Notes under the pieces: generated by a model
Seen by the model: the letters and a program-made list of their open reading frames with translations, nothing else
What the model was told of the DNA's origin: nothing
Database searches by the model: none
Shown here: piece after piece, positions 30,407 to 40,991 of the stretch
How the letters are laid out: the number at the start of each line of letters is the position of its first letter
Numbering within the stretch: position 1 is the stretch's first letter
Assembly (NCBI GenBank): GCA_000091205.1
Contig: AP006495.2
Length of the DNA stretch: 64,000 bases
Source of the DNA: Cyanidioschyzon merolae
Taxonomy: Eukaryota
Reading direction: 5' to 3' (one strand)
Translations under genes and position numbers: made by a program

Positions 30407-33400
30407 ATGACGACTATGGAAAATGGCACCGCGAGTGCCACGGACCTGCGCAGTGTCGTCGAACAAGCCGCACGCGAAGATGCCCCAGTCACTACAGTCG
30501 TTGTTGCACTGGAAACTTTAGCGTACTGGTGCCATGGCCGAGGAAAACCGCTGCAATCACGTGTCGTTGATGCAGCGGATCGGGAGCTTTTTCTCACCTC
30601 CGGTGCGCTCACAGAGCTCCTGGAACTGGTTCTCTCGCGTTGCCCTCTGGCTGCCTTCGGAACGCGTGAGCGAGCGGCACTCAGTGTTGCATCCATGTTC
30701 CGCTTTGGGCCCGCTGGACAGGTAGTGCTCGCTGTGGACAGAGCGTTGCGACGGGTGCAGCGACTTGCGAGCGACCCTGTGGTGCGCGAACAGCGAGCAA
30801 AGTGGATTGCTTTCGAGTTATTCGAAAAGCATTTCGTGCGTGTTCCAGGGTGTCTCCTTGGGGCACTAGCTGGCGTGCGCTATCGTGCCACGGAACCACG
30901 TTGCCTTACCGTGGACCGTGAGGCAGACCCCGATACCGTTCTTCGGTCTCTGCTAGCCATGCCGGACATCGTCACGAACGTCCTTCAATGCGCACTCCCT
31001 GAGACGTGTACGCTACATCCACAGCGCTATCCGCACTGTCTCGCTTGGACGGTTACCGAATGGTTATTGACACTTTGTTCATCGCAGTACGCTTCGATGG
31101 GAGTAGAGAAGCAGCAGCTAATTTGGTTGACAAATGAAGCACTGGCTTCAAATGTTGTCGCAGAGGTTAGCGGCTCGCTCTCAGCGCTGGACCTGCACGA
31201 AGACGACACGACGTATGGAAGCGCAGTGATGCTGTCGATGCCGTCGCCACAAGACGCCTACGCTTTCGGTTCCAGTGCATTGGAGACGCTTATGGACATG
31301 GCGGGAAGACTCGGGAGGCATCTCTGTCGTCGAAGATGCATCACAGCCTGGTGTCAGGTTGCGATCCGAGCGTTGATCGCACTAGAGCGCCAGCTCAGTG
31401 CCTCACAGGCCGACTACTGGAAACGTTGTTGCATGGAGAGCTTCACTGCGTTGCCAGATCGCTATATTGCACCACTCATGGAGCAATTTGCCATTCTGGG
31501 ATGCAAGGGTCCAGATCAACATCAAGTGGCGGCGATTGCATATCTGGAGTATTTGTGTAGAACTCGAGATACTGCGGTGGCCTTTGTATCGAAAACACTT
31601 CCGTCATCGATGCCCAAGGCTACATCCATGCTATCACCTCTGGCGGCGCCCGGGGACCAGAGAATTCTCCTTTTCCTGTTACGCAGTTGCAGAGATGTGG
31701 TCGAGACGTCACACTGGAGAACAGCATTGACGCTCGCGCTCAAGCGTTGGATGCAAACCGCGCGGACGGCCGCGTTGTGGGCGGAGGATCTCCATATAAC
31801 TCGAATGCTTCTGTTCCTGGCGCAAGCGAGTTGTTCTGGTGACCCGGAGCATTCATGCTCCCGAACTGAATCGTGCGAATCATATGGAGTGGATTGGTTT
31901 GTGCTCTTGGGCGAAGGAGTCAAAGAACATCTCGCGGGAGCGCTGCCAGAGACGCATTTCCATGGAATGATCGTTGGCGAGACAGTATCGAGAATATGGG
32001 ACCCGCCCGGCAAGAGCATGCAGTTTGACATTGCCGCCTACGAGGCTTGGAAAGCTAGCGACCCTGAGCTGCTGCAACCTTGGATCGAAGCGACCAAGGA
32101 GCCACTGCTCGCGCAGCACCAGCAGCACCAGCATCCAGTTGACGGGGGAGTTGCGACTGGGACGCCACCCTCCGAAGGCACCTCGTTGTGCGCACCTTCG
32201 ACACACGCTGTGGCCACAGTGGGAGTCAGGTCACCAGCTGTCGCCGACGAGAACGATAACGACGACCTGAAACCGTATCCAATGCCGGCTGATGAACTCG
32301 CGATTGATCCTCATTCGGAGCCGCGGGAAGACGGTACTGGATCATGCGCTCAGGAGACACTTGGGCTACCGCAAACATTCGAGACGCTTTATCGAGCGCT
32401 GGCCGCGGAGGTGCGGCACGAACCTTTCGGTGCCGAGGCAGCACTCCGGGGGCCTAGCTCCACAACACCCCAGGATTCAACGCCCACGTCGACGAGCATA
32501 CCCACGCAGCGTGTGCTGTGTCAACTCGAACAACTTATCGAACGCGACGTTGCAGGTCTTGAATATTGGGCGATGCCTATGCTTCAGCTGCTGCACCGAC
32601 TGGGCACCGGCTCCTCGTCCACATCGATCGCACGCGACTGCGCTGCACTTTGCAGAACAATCGCAGTCCATGCATTCTCTTCCATTGCAGTACCTGTAGC
32701 AAAACTCGTCTTCAGTCAGAATATGACGCTGACAGAGCGAAGCGAGTGGCTCGAGATCCTCGCGAACAGCGTCGAAACCCTTCTGAACACCCAATACACC
32801 GCACGAAAGCCAACACAGCGAGGCGCAGCGGAAGCAACCTCGCCGACACCCGAAGGCCATCAAGACCACCAGATATGCAGCCGCGTCAGGCGCGTTTCGG
32901 TGCGCTCGCTGCATCAAACAAAAGCACGGCAAAGCGAGTCTTTCGCGATGTCTCAGCGTGCGGTATTCACTGCAGCTGCAGGCGCTTGCGACGCGTCTGG
33001 GCAAACGTCACTTCACACCCAGCCGGCACTCCACTTCCATGCCATGGTGCAGGCGTTCTTTGAATTACTCGCTGGGGCGGACACCGAGGAGCCCTGGCTC
33101 GATCTCTGGCGACGGGATCAAATGCTTCTGGCGCAACTGGTACAGACATGTGCTCTGGTACTGCACTGTGCGCAAGGGCCGGGCTCTCTTTGTATAGGTG
33201 CGGTGACTCGTCTCGCCAGCATGGGACAAGCGCTAGCGCAACTGGCATACACAGCGCGAACTTGCTCGGATGCTGCAGTGCATCGGGCGTGTGTACTCGC
33301 ATTCAACGCTGTTTACGAGATTCTTTTGCGAATTCGTGAAGCGTACGGTATTCAAAGTTTCCGGCAATTGGAGCACTGGTGGAGATCGAACCAAAGCAGC

Positions 33401-33538
33401 TCCAATGTATCGCTAGAGCATATCGCGCAACTCCTTGAACGCTGGTCCAGTGATGCGCAGGACAGCGCAACACGAGAGCTCGCTCAAGCACTCCTACCCT
33501 GTTTCCATGATGACGGACGGGCGCAACGAATCGCGTGA
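30407..33538 (+). CDS. large alpha-helical repeat protein, possible TEL2 (TELO2) homologue
   Basis: The uninterrupted frame runs from 30170, but the 5' part crosses the homopolymer/CA tracts, so the start is proposed at ATG 30407 (MTTMENG). The acidic motif DENDNDDLKPYPMPADEL resembles the TEL2 DSDDDLVPYDMS CK2-site region. The rest is predicted helical ARM/HEAT-like. Confidence 0.55.
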   Translation: MTTMENGTASATDLRSVVEQAAREDAPVTTVVVALETLAYWCHGRGKPLQSRVVDAADRELFLTSGALTELLELVLSRCPLAAFGTRERAALSVASMFRFGPAGQVVLAVDRALRRVQRLASDPVVREQRAKWIAFELFEKHFVRVPGCLLGALAGVRYRATEPRCLTVDREADPDTVLRSLLAMPDIVTNVLQCALPETCTLHPQRYPHCLAWTVTEWLLTLCSSQYASMGVEKQQLIWLTNEALASNVVAEVSGSLSALDLHEDDTTYGSAVMLSMPSPQDAYAFGSSALETLMDMAGRLGRHLCRRRCITAWCQVAIRALIALERQLSASQADYWKRCCMESFTALPDRYIAPLMEQFAILGCKGPDQHQVAAIAYLEYLCRTRDTAVAFVSKTLPSSMPKATSMLSPLAAPGDQRILLFLLRSCRDVVETSHWRTALTLALKRWMQTARTAALWAEDLHITRMLLFLAQASCSGDPEHSCSRTESCESYGVDWFVLLGEGVKEHLAGALPETHFHGMIVGETVSRIWDPPGKSMQFDIAAYEAWKASDPELLQPWIEATKEPLLAQHQQHQHPVDGGVATGTPPSEGTSLCAPSTHAVATVGVRSPAVADENDNDDLKPYPMPADELAIDPHSEPREDGTGSCAQETLGLPQTFETLYRALAAEVRHEPFGAEAALRGPSSTTPQDSTPTSTSIPTQRVLCQLEQLIERDVAGLEYWAMPMLQLLHRLGTGSSSTSIARDCAALCRTIAVHAFSSIAVPVAKLVFSQNMTLTERSEWLEILANSVETLLNTQYTARKPTQRGAAEATSPTPEGHQDHQICSRVRRVSVRSLHQTKARQSESFAMSQRAVFTAAAGACDASGQTSLHTQPALHFHAMVQAFFELLAGADTEEPWLDLWRRDQMLLAQLVQTCALVLHCAQGPGSLCIGAVTRLASMGQALAQLAYTARTCSDAAVHRACVLAFNAVYEILLRIREAYGIQSFRQLEHWWRSNQSSSNVSLEHIAQLLERWSSDAQDSATRELAQALLPCFHDDGRAQRIA

Positions 33539-33584
33539 CAAAGTTTTTTTCGGATACGACAACATGCCCGACTGCGACAACAAC

Positions 33585-33956
33585 ATCTGGCCTTTGCATG
33601 CTAGTCGCCAGCTCACCGTGAATGCAAACCCGACCCCGATGCTCCATACATATGCAATCTGTTCCGAAAAGAAGACCATCTGGCCTTTGCGTGCTAGTCG
33701 CCAGCTCACCGTGAATGCAAACCCGACCCCAATGCTCCGTACATATGCAATCTGTTCCGAAAAGAAGACCATCTGGCCTTTGCGTGCTAGTCGCCAGCTC
33801 ACCGTGAATGCAAACCCGACCCCAATGCTCCTTACATATGCAATCTGTTCCGAAAAGAAGACCATCTGGCCTTTGCGTGCTAGTCGCCAGCTCACCGTGA
33901 ATGCAAACCCGACCCCAATGCTCCTTACATATGCAATCTGTTCCGAAAAGAGTACC
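33585..33956. repeat. 93-bp tandem repeat x4
   Basis: Unit atctggcctttgcgtgctagtcgccagctcaccgtgaatgcaaacccgaccccaatgctcc.tacatatgcaatctgttccgaaaagaagacc starts at 33585, 33678, 33771 and 33864. It begins ~45 bp after the stop codon at 33538. Confidence 0.9.
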
Positions 33957-34780
33957 GTGCACGGATTGGATCTTCCGGTGCTTCCGACGCTGTCTCTGTT
34001 TGTTTGTTTGTTTTCTGTATGTGACAGGCTTGGAGTTGCTCCGGCACCAGGCAGCGCCGAGCAGGGCACTGTTCCACGCCCTCGCGTCGAATGCAGCATA
34101 TCACCGTAAATCGTCGATAAGCATTGGTAGCGTCAATGCCCGAGGACGTGTCCACGACATCGCGTTGTACCAAAGCGTATCCCCGGAATGGCGTGGTGAA
34201 CAATACGGATCGCCTGCTTCGCTGACGATGTTTTTATTGTGCGGTGCGCGAGACGCGGAACGCGAAAAGACGCCTAGACGCGTAACACCTCGCTGAAAGG
34301 CAAAGCGCGAGCATCTCGTCACCAAGTCGTCACGAATACTTTCAACTCCGGAAACCAATGCAATCGTACTGAACGCCAACGTAATCTGCATTTTTATGGA
34401 CACTGTGAGACCCGACTCGATGCGGATTGCAACAAGCATAAAAGCACTTGTTACGATCCATAACGATGATGATGATTCCTATGATGCACCCCAGTGCCCG
34501 GGAGTTTCACCTGCAGTGGCGGATTCGATGTCGGCGTGCGGAGGTGGTGCTTCCAGAGAGCATCCGCTCAGCTCAAAAGTGGCTCAGAGACGGCGACGCA
34601 GACGGCGTTGTCAGTGCAAACGCACTGTTGCGGACGTCGCGCTGGTTTGGTCTACAGGCAAGTTGCAGCGGCAGCTGCAGCTGTACTGGCTGCAGGCGTC
34701 GATCCCCATTGCCTAGAGACCTGCTCGGTTTCCAGTCGCTCGGTCCAGTTCGCAAACGGTTCAAGCAAGATGCACAGCAC

Positions 34781-36655
34781 TCAGAAATACTCCGCAAATT
34801 CATTGCGCAAGCGCTCAGCGCTCTGTGACTTGCGCAGTTTTGCTAGCGCCGCAAACGATATCTGACGCACACGCTCTTTCGAAACGTTCAAAATCGCTGC
34901 TACCTGTTGCAGCGTTTTCGGTTCATCGTCGTCCAGTCCAAATCGCAATCTCAGGACAAACACCTCTCGATCATTCAACACAGATCGCAGCAAGCGTAAA
35001 ACTGCATCCTTCATGAAAGAGTCCACGAGATCCTCTTCGTCCCGAGGGTCTGCAATGGACTCAAGAAAGCTGCCGCTGTCGGGATCAGGGTCCTCAGTCG
35101 TATCCATACCGCGATCAAAGGAGAGCACCTGGCGGTTCACTTGTTCGAAGACAAAGCGCACCTTGTCGGGCGCCATGCCCGCGCGCTCTGCGAGTTCATC
35201 CTCGGTGGGTTCCCGACCCAGCTCTGCAGTGAGCAATCGCCGCAGCTTGCGTAGGCGCTGGTACGCATCGGTGACACGCGACGGTAGCCGAATAATCCTC
35301 GACGCTTCATCAAGCGTTCTAAAAATGGACGCACGGATCCACCACGAGGCGAATGTGCTAAAGCGGTACCCGCGGGATCCATCGAAACGCTCGGCTGCTC
35401 GAATGAGTCCTATCGAGCCTTCCTGCATCAGATCGCTCATGGTGACACCAATCGCCTCTGCACGCCGGCTGAATCGATTGACAATTGCATTCACCAGACG
35501 CAAGTTGCTGGTTACGAGACGATTCCGGGCCTGGTGTCCGCGAGCAAGCGCCTCCTGCAGCTCCGCAGCAGACTTCATGTTCAGCGCCCGTGCCCACTCC
35601 TGAGATGTCGGTGGTCGATGGAGCATCTTCTCTAGATCTTGTCGTTTCTCTTCGATTCTATTCAAGTGCTGCACTTCGCGCGCGAGCGCTACTTCCTCCT
35701 CATGCTCGATAAGTTGATAGCGACGAATTTCATCCAAATAATCGAAAAGCGAGTCGCGGTTCTGGCGTTCACCAGCGCTACTGCTGCTGCTGCTGCTGGT
35801 GTTCACGCTATCATCCGTGGCAAGCGACGGCTCTGCCATTGCATCCAAGGTCAACGAGCGCTCCCCTAGCTGCATTGCTTCGTCGTCGTCGTCCTCGTCG
35901 TTGTCGTCGTCTGTTTCGACAGGTCCATCGTACTTAGAGCTGCGACCTCGTTCCCGAAGCACGTCATCACTTTGGCCTTCGCGCTGCGCAGCCGCTGCTC
36001 GTTCTCGCTGCTCTCGTTCCATCTGCTGCACTTCAAGTCGCTTACGTTGTTCTTCTCGCAAACGCTCTTTCGCCAACTCGGTGAGCGCTTCCAGCTTCTC
36101 TTTACGTGGTTTGCGCCCACCCTTCTTCGCCGAATTGTCTTCGGTTTCCTTTCGTGCTGGTAGAGACGCCTCAGCGGAGGCTTGCTCCAGCGACCGCTTG
36201 CGTGGCTGGTCCGGCTCCGCATACGTCTTAACAGACTTTGACGCGGAGCTGTCTTTCTCAGACTTGCTCCTGGAGCGCGGCGCCCGTGCACGTTTCGACC
36301 TGCGGCCGCTGGGGCCCTCGGTCCGGGCCGAGGGCCGCTCGGCTTCACTGGGGCTCTGCATTCGCGGCTTGCTTGTCGGTATGCCGTCGAGCGCTATACT
36401 GCGCACTGCTGGCACCCGTCGCTGTACAGATAGGTCCACGAGTTGTGACGGTTGAATCCCTCGTCGCCTGAACCAGGACCGAGTACGCCCGGTGAAGAGC
36501 GCCACGGTGAAACCCACCCGCATAGAAGTTCTCCCCGATCCAGAGCGCTGGATCATAACCGCATCAGTGTCAATGTGCCGATACCTTCCCCTAGATTCTG
36601 AAACTGTAAGTGTTTCAGGTCTCAGAACAGCGGCGCGTGCACTATTCTTCCGCAA
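34781..36655 (-). CDS. RNA polymerase sigma-70 family factor (nuclear-encoded plastid sigma factor) with long charged N-terminal extension
   Basis: Region 2: SDLMQEGSIGLIRAAERFDGSRGYRFSTFASWWIRASIFRTL. Region 3/4: VFVLRLRFGLDDDEPKTLQQVAAILNVSKERVRQISFAALAKLR. The N-terminus is Arg/Ser-rich and transit-peptide-like, followed by an acidic/Lys-rich low-complexity region. Confidence 0.85.
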   Translation of the reverse strand: MRKNSARAAVLRPETLTVSESRGRYRHIDTDAVMIQRSGSGRTSMRVGFTVALFTGRTRSWFRRRGIQPSQLVDLSVQRRVPAVRSIALDGIPTSKPRMQSPSEAERPSARTEGPSGRRSKRARAPRSRSKSEKDSSASKSVKTYAEPDQPRKRSLEQASAEASLPARKETEDNSAKKGGRKPRKEKLEALTELAKERLREEQRKRLEVQQMEREQRERAAAAQREGQSDDVLRERGRSSKYDGPVETDDDNDEDDDDEAMQLGERSLTLDAMAEPSLATDDSVNTSSSSSSSAGERQNRDSLFDYLDEIRRYQLIEHEEEVALAREVQHLNRIEEKRQDLEKMLHRPPTSQEWARALNMKSAAELQEALARGHQARNRLVTSNLRLVNAIVNRFSRRAEAIGVTMSDLMQEGSIGLIRAAERFDGSRGYRFSTFASWWIRASIFRTLDEASRIIRLPSRVTDAYQRLRKLRRLLTAELGREPTEDELAERAGMAPDKVRFVFEQVNRQVLSFDRGMDTTEDPDPDSGSFLESIADPRDEEDLVDSFMKDAVLRLLRSVLNDREVFVLRLRFGLDDDEPKTLQQVAAILNVSKERVRQISFAALAKLRKSQSAERLRNEFAEYF

Positions 36656-37084
36656 TAAAACGCTAAAGAAACATGCAAATGAAGAATGAGCGTTAAAAGG
36701 AGGCTCTTTGAGATCAACGGCTTCATCAGGGCGATGCGGATGTGAACGGGACAGATTGCGCGCCGCAAACGCGTGGCGGGCGTACGATGCAGGAGGAGGC
36801 GATGCGCGCTGTGGTAGCGCCTTCGACGAACGATGAGCGCTCGGGTAATTGGATGGGTACCCCGTTATTTGAGAGGACGTTTGCGTGGATCAGGGATCCG
36901 AGGTCCCCGGAGGGATAGTGGCACTCGGGTAGGCTTCGATCACGCTGTACCCGAGATTCAAGTTCCGTGACCTATACTTTTCTCGAACGTACTGGTTATT
37001 TCGCACGTTCTATCGTTTGCCAAGTGCCTGCCTTGCTGCACCCGCTCTAGCACCTGTTCCGCTGGTGTGGTTGCGTCACGGAGA

Positions 37085-38520
37085 CAGAGCGGACATCGCA
37101 TAGCGTTGGGGGCATCGGTTCGAGGTACGGTTCACTGGTCCCAGATTCGGGACGCACTGGCTTTATGGGAGCGTGGGAACTGCCCAGGCAGACGCACGGC
37201 CTGCGAGAGCGCAAGGCGACCTGCTGGGAGACCACTGCAAGCAAAACGACGCCCAGACGCATCGCAACCGCTCCTAGTCTCAGGATGGACTGCGTTCCGG
37301 GCGAGCTGCTGAGGTCTCGCCTCTGCACCCGGCAGTACAACGGTGCACAGAGTGCAAGCCCGGTAGACTCGTCCTGGTCGTGGGGCCTTCCGCTTAGAAG
37401 GCAAACTTTCACAACAAACGAGAGAACTTCCACCTTTCAACGCGTAACGTGAATCTGGAAAGAAACTGTTGCCGAGTTGGTCGTTCGTTGTTCGTTTCTG
37501 GGCTTTATCGTTGCTGCGGTTTGACGCGCAACCGGCATGGGATAGCTGCGATGGTGCAGTTGCAGGTGCGGTGCACTCGCCCGACACCCTAGGCAAGTGA
37601 ACGCGTAGCATTGTGAGGATCTCTCCGTCCAAGCCTTGAGATTTGTTTTCGAATATTTGTTAGATGTATATTACTGACATTATGAGTGCGGTGAGAAGAG
37701 CTTATGGATTCATGCGTAGTTTAAGGACTCTGGATCGTGGTTTCGGAGTGGATGTCTCAGCTCGGTGCCGTTGGAATGCTTCCTAGAACCGGAATCAACA
37801 TGATTCATGACGGAAACGAAAAAGGGCCCCTACATAATCGATATGAGTATCCATTTCATATAGACAAGGCTTGGCGCTTCTCCTTTTGCTCGTGTGTAGC
37901 ATGCTCAAGTTACGCTGGCTTCGCACTTCCCATTTTTCTATGTCAGAGCGACTCGTGGGCGTAGCGATTCGCGCTCTTGGGCTAATATGGAACAAAACCA
38001 GAAGGCTTCGGTGGACGGCTCGTTCCAAAGCTCATGCCGATCGTCTACTCAGCTCGCGACGTCAAATAATCGATTTCCCTCGGAAAAACATATCCTTATC
38101 TCTTGGTGGCCATTGTTAGAATCGAATTCGTTACCAGCGTGATAATTTTCGCGGGATGTGCGCCTAGAGGTTCCGGCCTCTTCTGTTTGTATGGAAAAGC
38201 GTCTCGGGTTTGGTCGACAGTTATCTGAGCGCTCGCGTCCGGGAGAGAGCGCTTCACCACTTTGCACGAATGGGGCAAAGACGACTCGAAAGTTCTCGAC
38301 TTTTCCCGGACTGTAGTTTTCTTCAGGTACTTTTTTTGATTATGGACAACATCGCGTTCAAGAAAATTTCCCACCAAATAGGGCAACCTGCGCTTGCAGC
38401 GGATGGCGTACTCTTCAGGCGAATCGCTCAGAAGAAGCCCATCATCATAGGAACGGCACCGGGCACGGAATCGGAGCGCAGCATCGAGGTGAGGCTTCTA
38501 CACCTGTCAAGCGTGAGCAC
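37085..38520 (+). repeat. dispersed composite repeat family, copy C (most complete: 5' module 37085-37440, 3' module ~37640-38520)
   Basis: The 5' module matches 26820-27170. The 3' module matches 5900-6850 and 20700-21560, with blocks ctgtttgtatggaaaag, cttcaccactttgcacgaatgg, aaagttctcgacttttcccgg and ggcaccgggcacggaatcggag. Confidence 0.7.
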
Positions 38521-39446
38521 CGAGCAATGAAGCGAGCGTTCACGCGTCAAAGGCCGACTCTCGGAGAACGAGGAGGTGCAATGGACACGTGAGAACACCC
38601 GATCGAAGTTACGTGTCGCCGCCACGAATGGTGTACCGAGGCTTTATACCAGGTGGATGATGATTGCAAGGGAAACGTTGATCACGGCTTCTGTCCGTGC
38701 ATGAAATGCGTGACCAATAGCACGAGGTAGCGAACTCGGGACTTGAACGCTTCGACTGCTGCCAACGGTACCCTAGAGAACGTATACACCAGTGTACTGA
38801 ATGTCTTGATAAGGGAAAGAAAGAGGAAACAGTCACAAATAAAGCCCGCAAACCCCGGAGTTCATGACAGTGCAAAGAGTCCCAAACATTGTCCTGTGTG
38901 TGTGAGTGTGCCCGAGCTCGAGGGCTCTTTTCGTTTTATTCTCGCTTGGATGCAATTCGCATTGCTGTCACAACGGTGGCGCATGCGTGACGCCTACGTG
39001 TCCATAGCAATGCGTGCTGGTGCATGGACCCGTGCCACGCACGCACTCGATCTGTGCGTGCACATGCGGCGCACTGAAGCGCAAGACTTGCTGAGCGATC
39101 ATTCGCGCTGCCCGATGCACTGCACTGCACTGCACTTCACTACATGATGCATTCGCGTTTGGCGCGGGACCAGCATCGACTGGTGCTTCACATGACGCAC
39201 GTGTCCATTCAACAGCGTAGACGCGTTGCTGCTGTTACGACTGCTTCTGCAGAGCCGTCGGGGTTATGGATCGCTCGCTGGCGGCGTCGCCGGAAGCAGC
39301 GCGCTGTGATCGCCGGGCGATACACGGCGCCAGCCGCGTGCGTACGATGGACGCGCGTTCCCGCTCATGCGGTTCCTGCGCAGGCCATGCAGCTGTACGT
39401 ATAGCACCTCTTCTCCCAAAGTACCTGGAGTTCGGCGTCAACCTTC

Positions 39447-40991
39447 ATGGATGCAACTGCTCATATAGGCAGTGCGTTTGATCTCCGGGGGAATATCGGC
39501 GAAGAAAGCCCTCTCTCAGTGGAGAACGAGGCACCACCAAACGCTTTTCAGGGCACGCGGGGCTCGGACACGGAAAATGATAGCCGACTCTCGCTCGGTG
39601 CGCTTTCGTCCTATGCGCCGTTGCTTGTGGAAGTTGCTTGCCAGCTAAGCAAGTTACGAGATCGACTAAACGACTTGGAGCATCAATCGAGAAAATCGAG
39701 CTGTGTCCAAGACCAGCTGGGTGCACTTGCCAATCAGGTAGCCGTATTAGAGGAGCGCTTGCGCCAGCACGTGCTGGCTCGCGAGCACTGGTGCGCTGCT
39801 GAATCCGTTCCCGAACGGAAATCCCTCCTCGAAAGCGAGGATGCATCGGACGCTGTGGACAAACTCGCCGAGGAGTTCAGAGACCAATTTTTAGACATCA
39901 GAGCGTTCGAGCTCCGCCTCACTCAAGCGGTCAACGCGCGCTTTCTGGAACTCTATCGCTGGACGGAGTCCCAATTGACCCGTCTCGAGGAAAGACTTGC
40001 CAGCATCGACGTGGACGGCTCTCTGAAGCGCGAGATGGCCACGCATGCAGAGCAAATAGGTCAAAAACTGGAACACCTTGAATCGGGCATGCGTTCGTGC
40101 ATTTCACGCGAGGAGTGGTCACGTGAGCGTGACGCCCTTGAAAAGCACCTTCGCCATGATCTCGGCGAGTGCGCGAATCGCAACGCGTCGTCGAAACCGT
40201 CGGCACCCACAGAGCAGGGCACAACCTCAACCTCAGTTGCGCTGGATGCGATGCGTAGTGTCATGCACCTCCAGAGCACCGTCGAGGGGAATGCTCGCGC
40301 TGTCGAGGACGCCCTCACAGCAGTACGCACGAGCTGCCAAGCGCTCAACCAACGTCTGCAAAGAATAGAACACCAGTTAACAACGGATGAATTCGTCGGC
40401 GGCGCTGGCATGCGACAGGTCGCGCCACCACCAGACTGGAACCAGATCCAGCAAACCGTCCGAAAACTCGAAAGCCAGCTGCAGAAACTATCTTCCCGGT
40501 TACCGGATCCCGAAGAAATACACACCGCCGTAACACAGACCAAGGAACTAACTGGCCGGAACGATCAACTCGAACGAAGAGTAGAGCGCTTGCACGTCCA
40601 AATGGAAAGCGAGCGGAACCAGCGCAGCGAGCTGGAGCACAAGGTAACCCGCCTGGAGGACTTTACCAGCACTTTACAATCACTACCCGCCGAGTTGACG
40701 AGTCTCACCAAGTCCATGACCCAAGGCGATGAAGTTCTACAAGAGTGGGTGCGCGGCCAGCTCCAACGACTCGATGCGCGACTCCATGAACACGAATCTT
40801 CACTACACGAGCTTCGTGCGGAGACGGCGCACCTCTACGAACAGTATGCGGAAGTAGCAGCTCTGATCCTGTTGATGACTCCAGCCGACAACCGGGCCAC
40901 AGTGGAGCGACGAATTCGACAACTATTGCCGGGCCTTGGAGCGCTGAAATTGCCCGCATCACGCGCTGGCACCTCCGAGGACACCCGCTGA
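39447..40991 (+). CDS. coiled-coil protein of unknown function
   Basis: 514-aa ORF dominated by heptad-like segments rich in Leu, Glu, Arg and Gln. No enzymatic motifs. Confidence 0.5.
   Translation: MDATAHIGSAFDLRGNIGEESPLSVENEAPPNAFQGTRGSDTENDSRLSLGALSSYAPLLVEVACQLSKLRDRLNDLEHQSRKSSCVQDQLGALANQVAVLEERLRQHVLAREHWCAAESVPERKSLLESEDASDAVDKLAEEFRDQFLDIRAFELRLTQAVNARFLELYRWTESQLTRLEERLASIDVDGSLKREMATHAEQIGQKLEHLESGMRSCISREEWSRERDALEKHLRHDLGECANRNASSKPSAPTEQGTTSTSVALDAMRSVMHLQSTVEGNARAVEDALTAVRTSCQALNQRLQRIEHQLTTDEFVGGAGMRQVAPPPDWNQIQQTVRKLESQLQKLSSRLPDPEEIHTAVTQTKELTGRNDQLERRVERLHVQMESERNQRSELEHKVTRLEDFTSTLQSLPAELTSLTKSMTQGDEVLQEWVRGQLQRLDARLHEHESSLHELRAETAHLYEQYAEVAALILLMTPADNRATVERRIRQLLPGLGALKLPASRAGTSEDTR

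Noticed and set aside
33340-33370. tggtggagatcgaacc, resembling a minus-strand tRNA 3' end
   Set aside because: It lies inside a well-supported coding region and no cloverleaf can be drawn.
33303-34109. Three overlapping ORFs (201-224 aa) over the 93-bp array
   Set aside because: Repeat-derived artefacts downstream of a real stop codon.
35013-36455. Plus-strand ORFs of 196 and 218 aa inside the sigma-factor gene
   Set aside because: Antisense artefacts. The minus-strand product has full sigma-70 regions.
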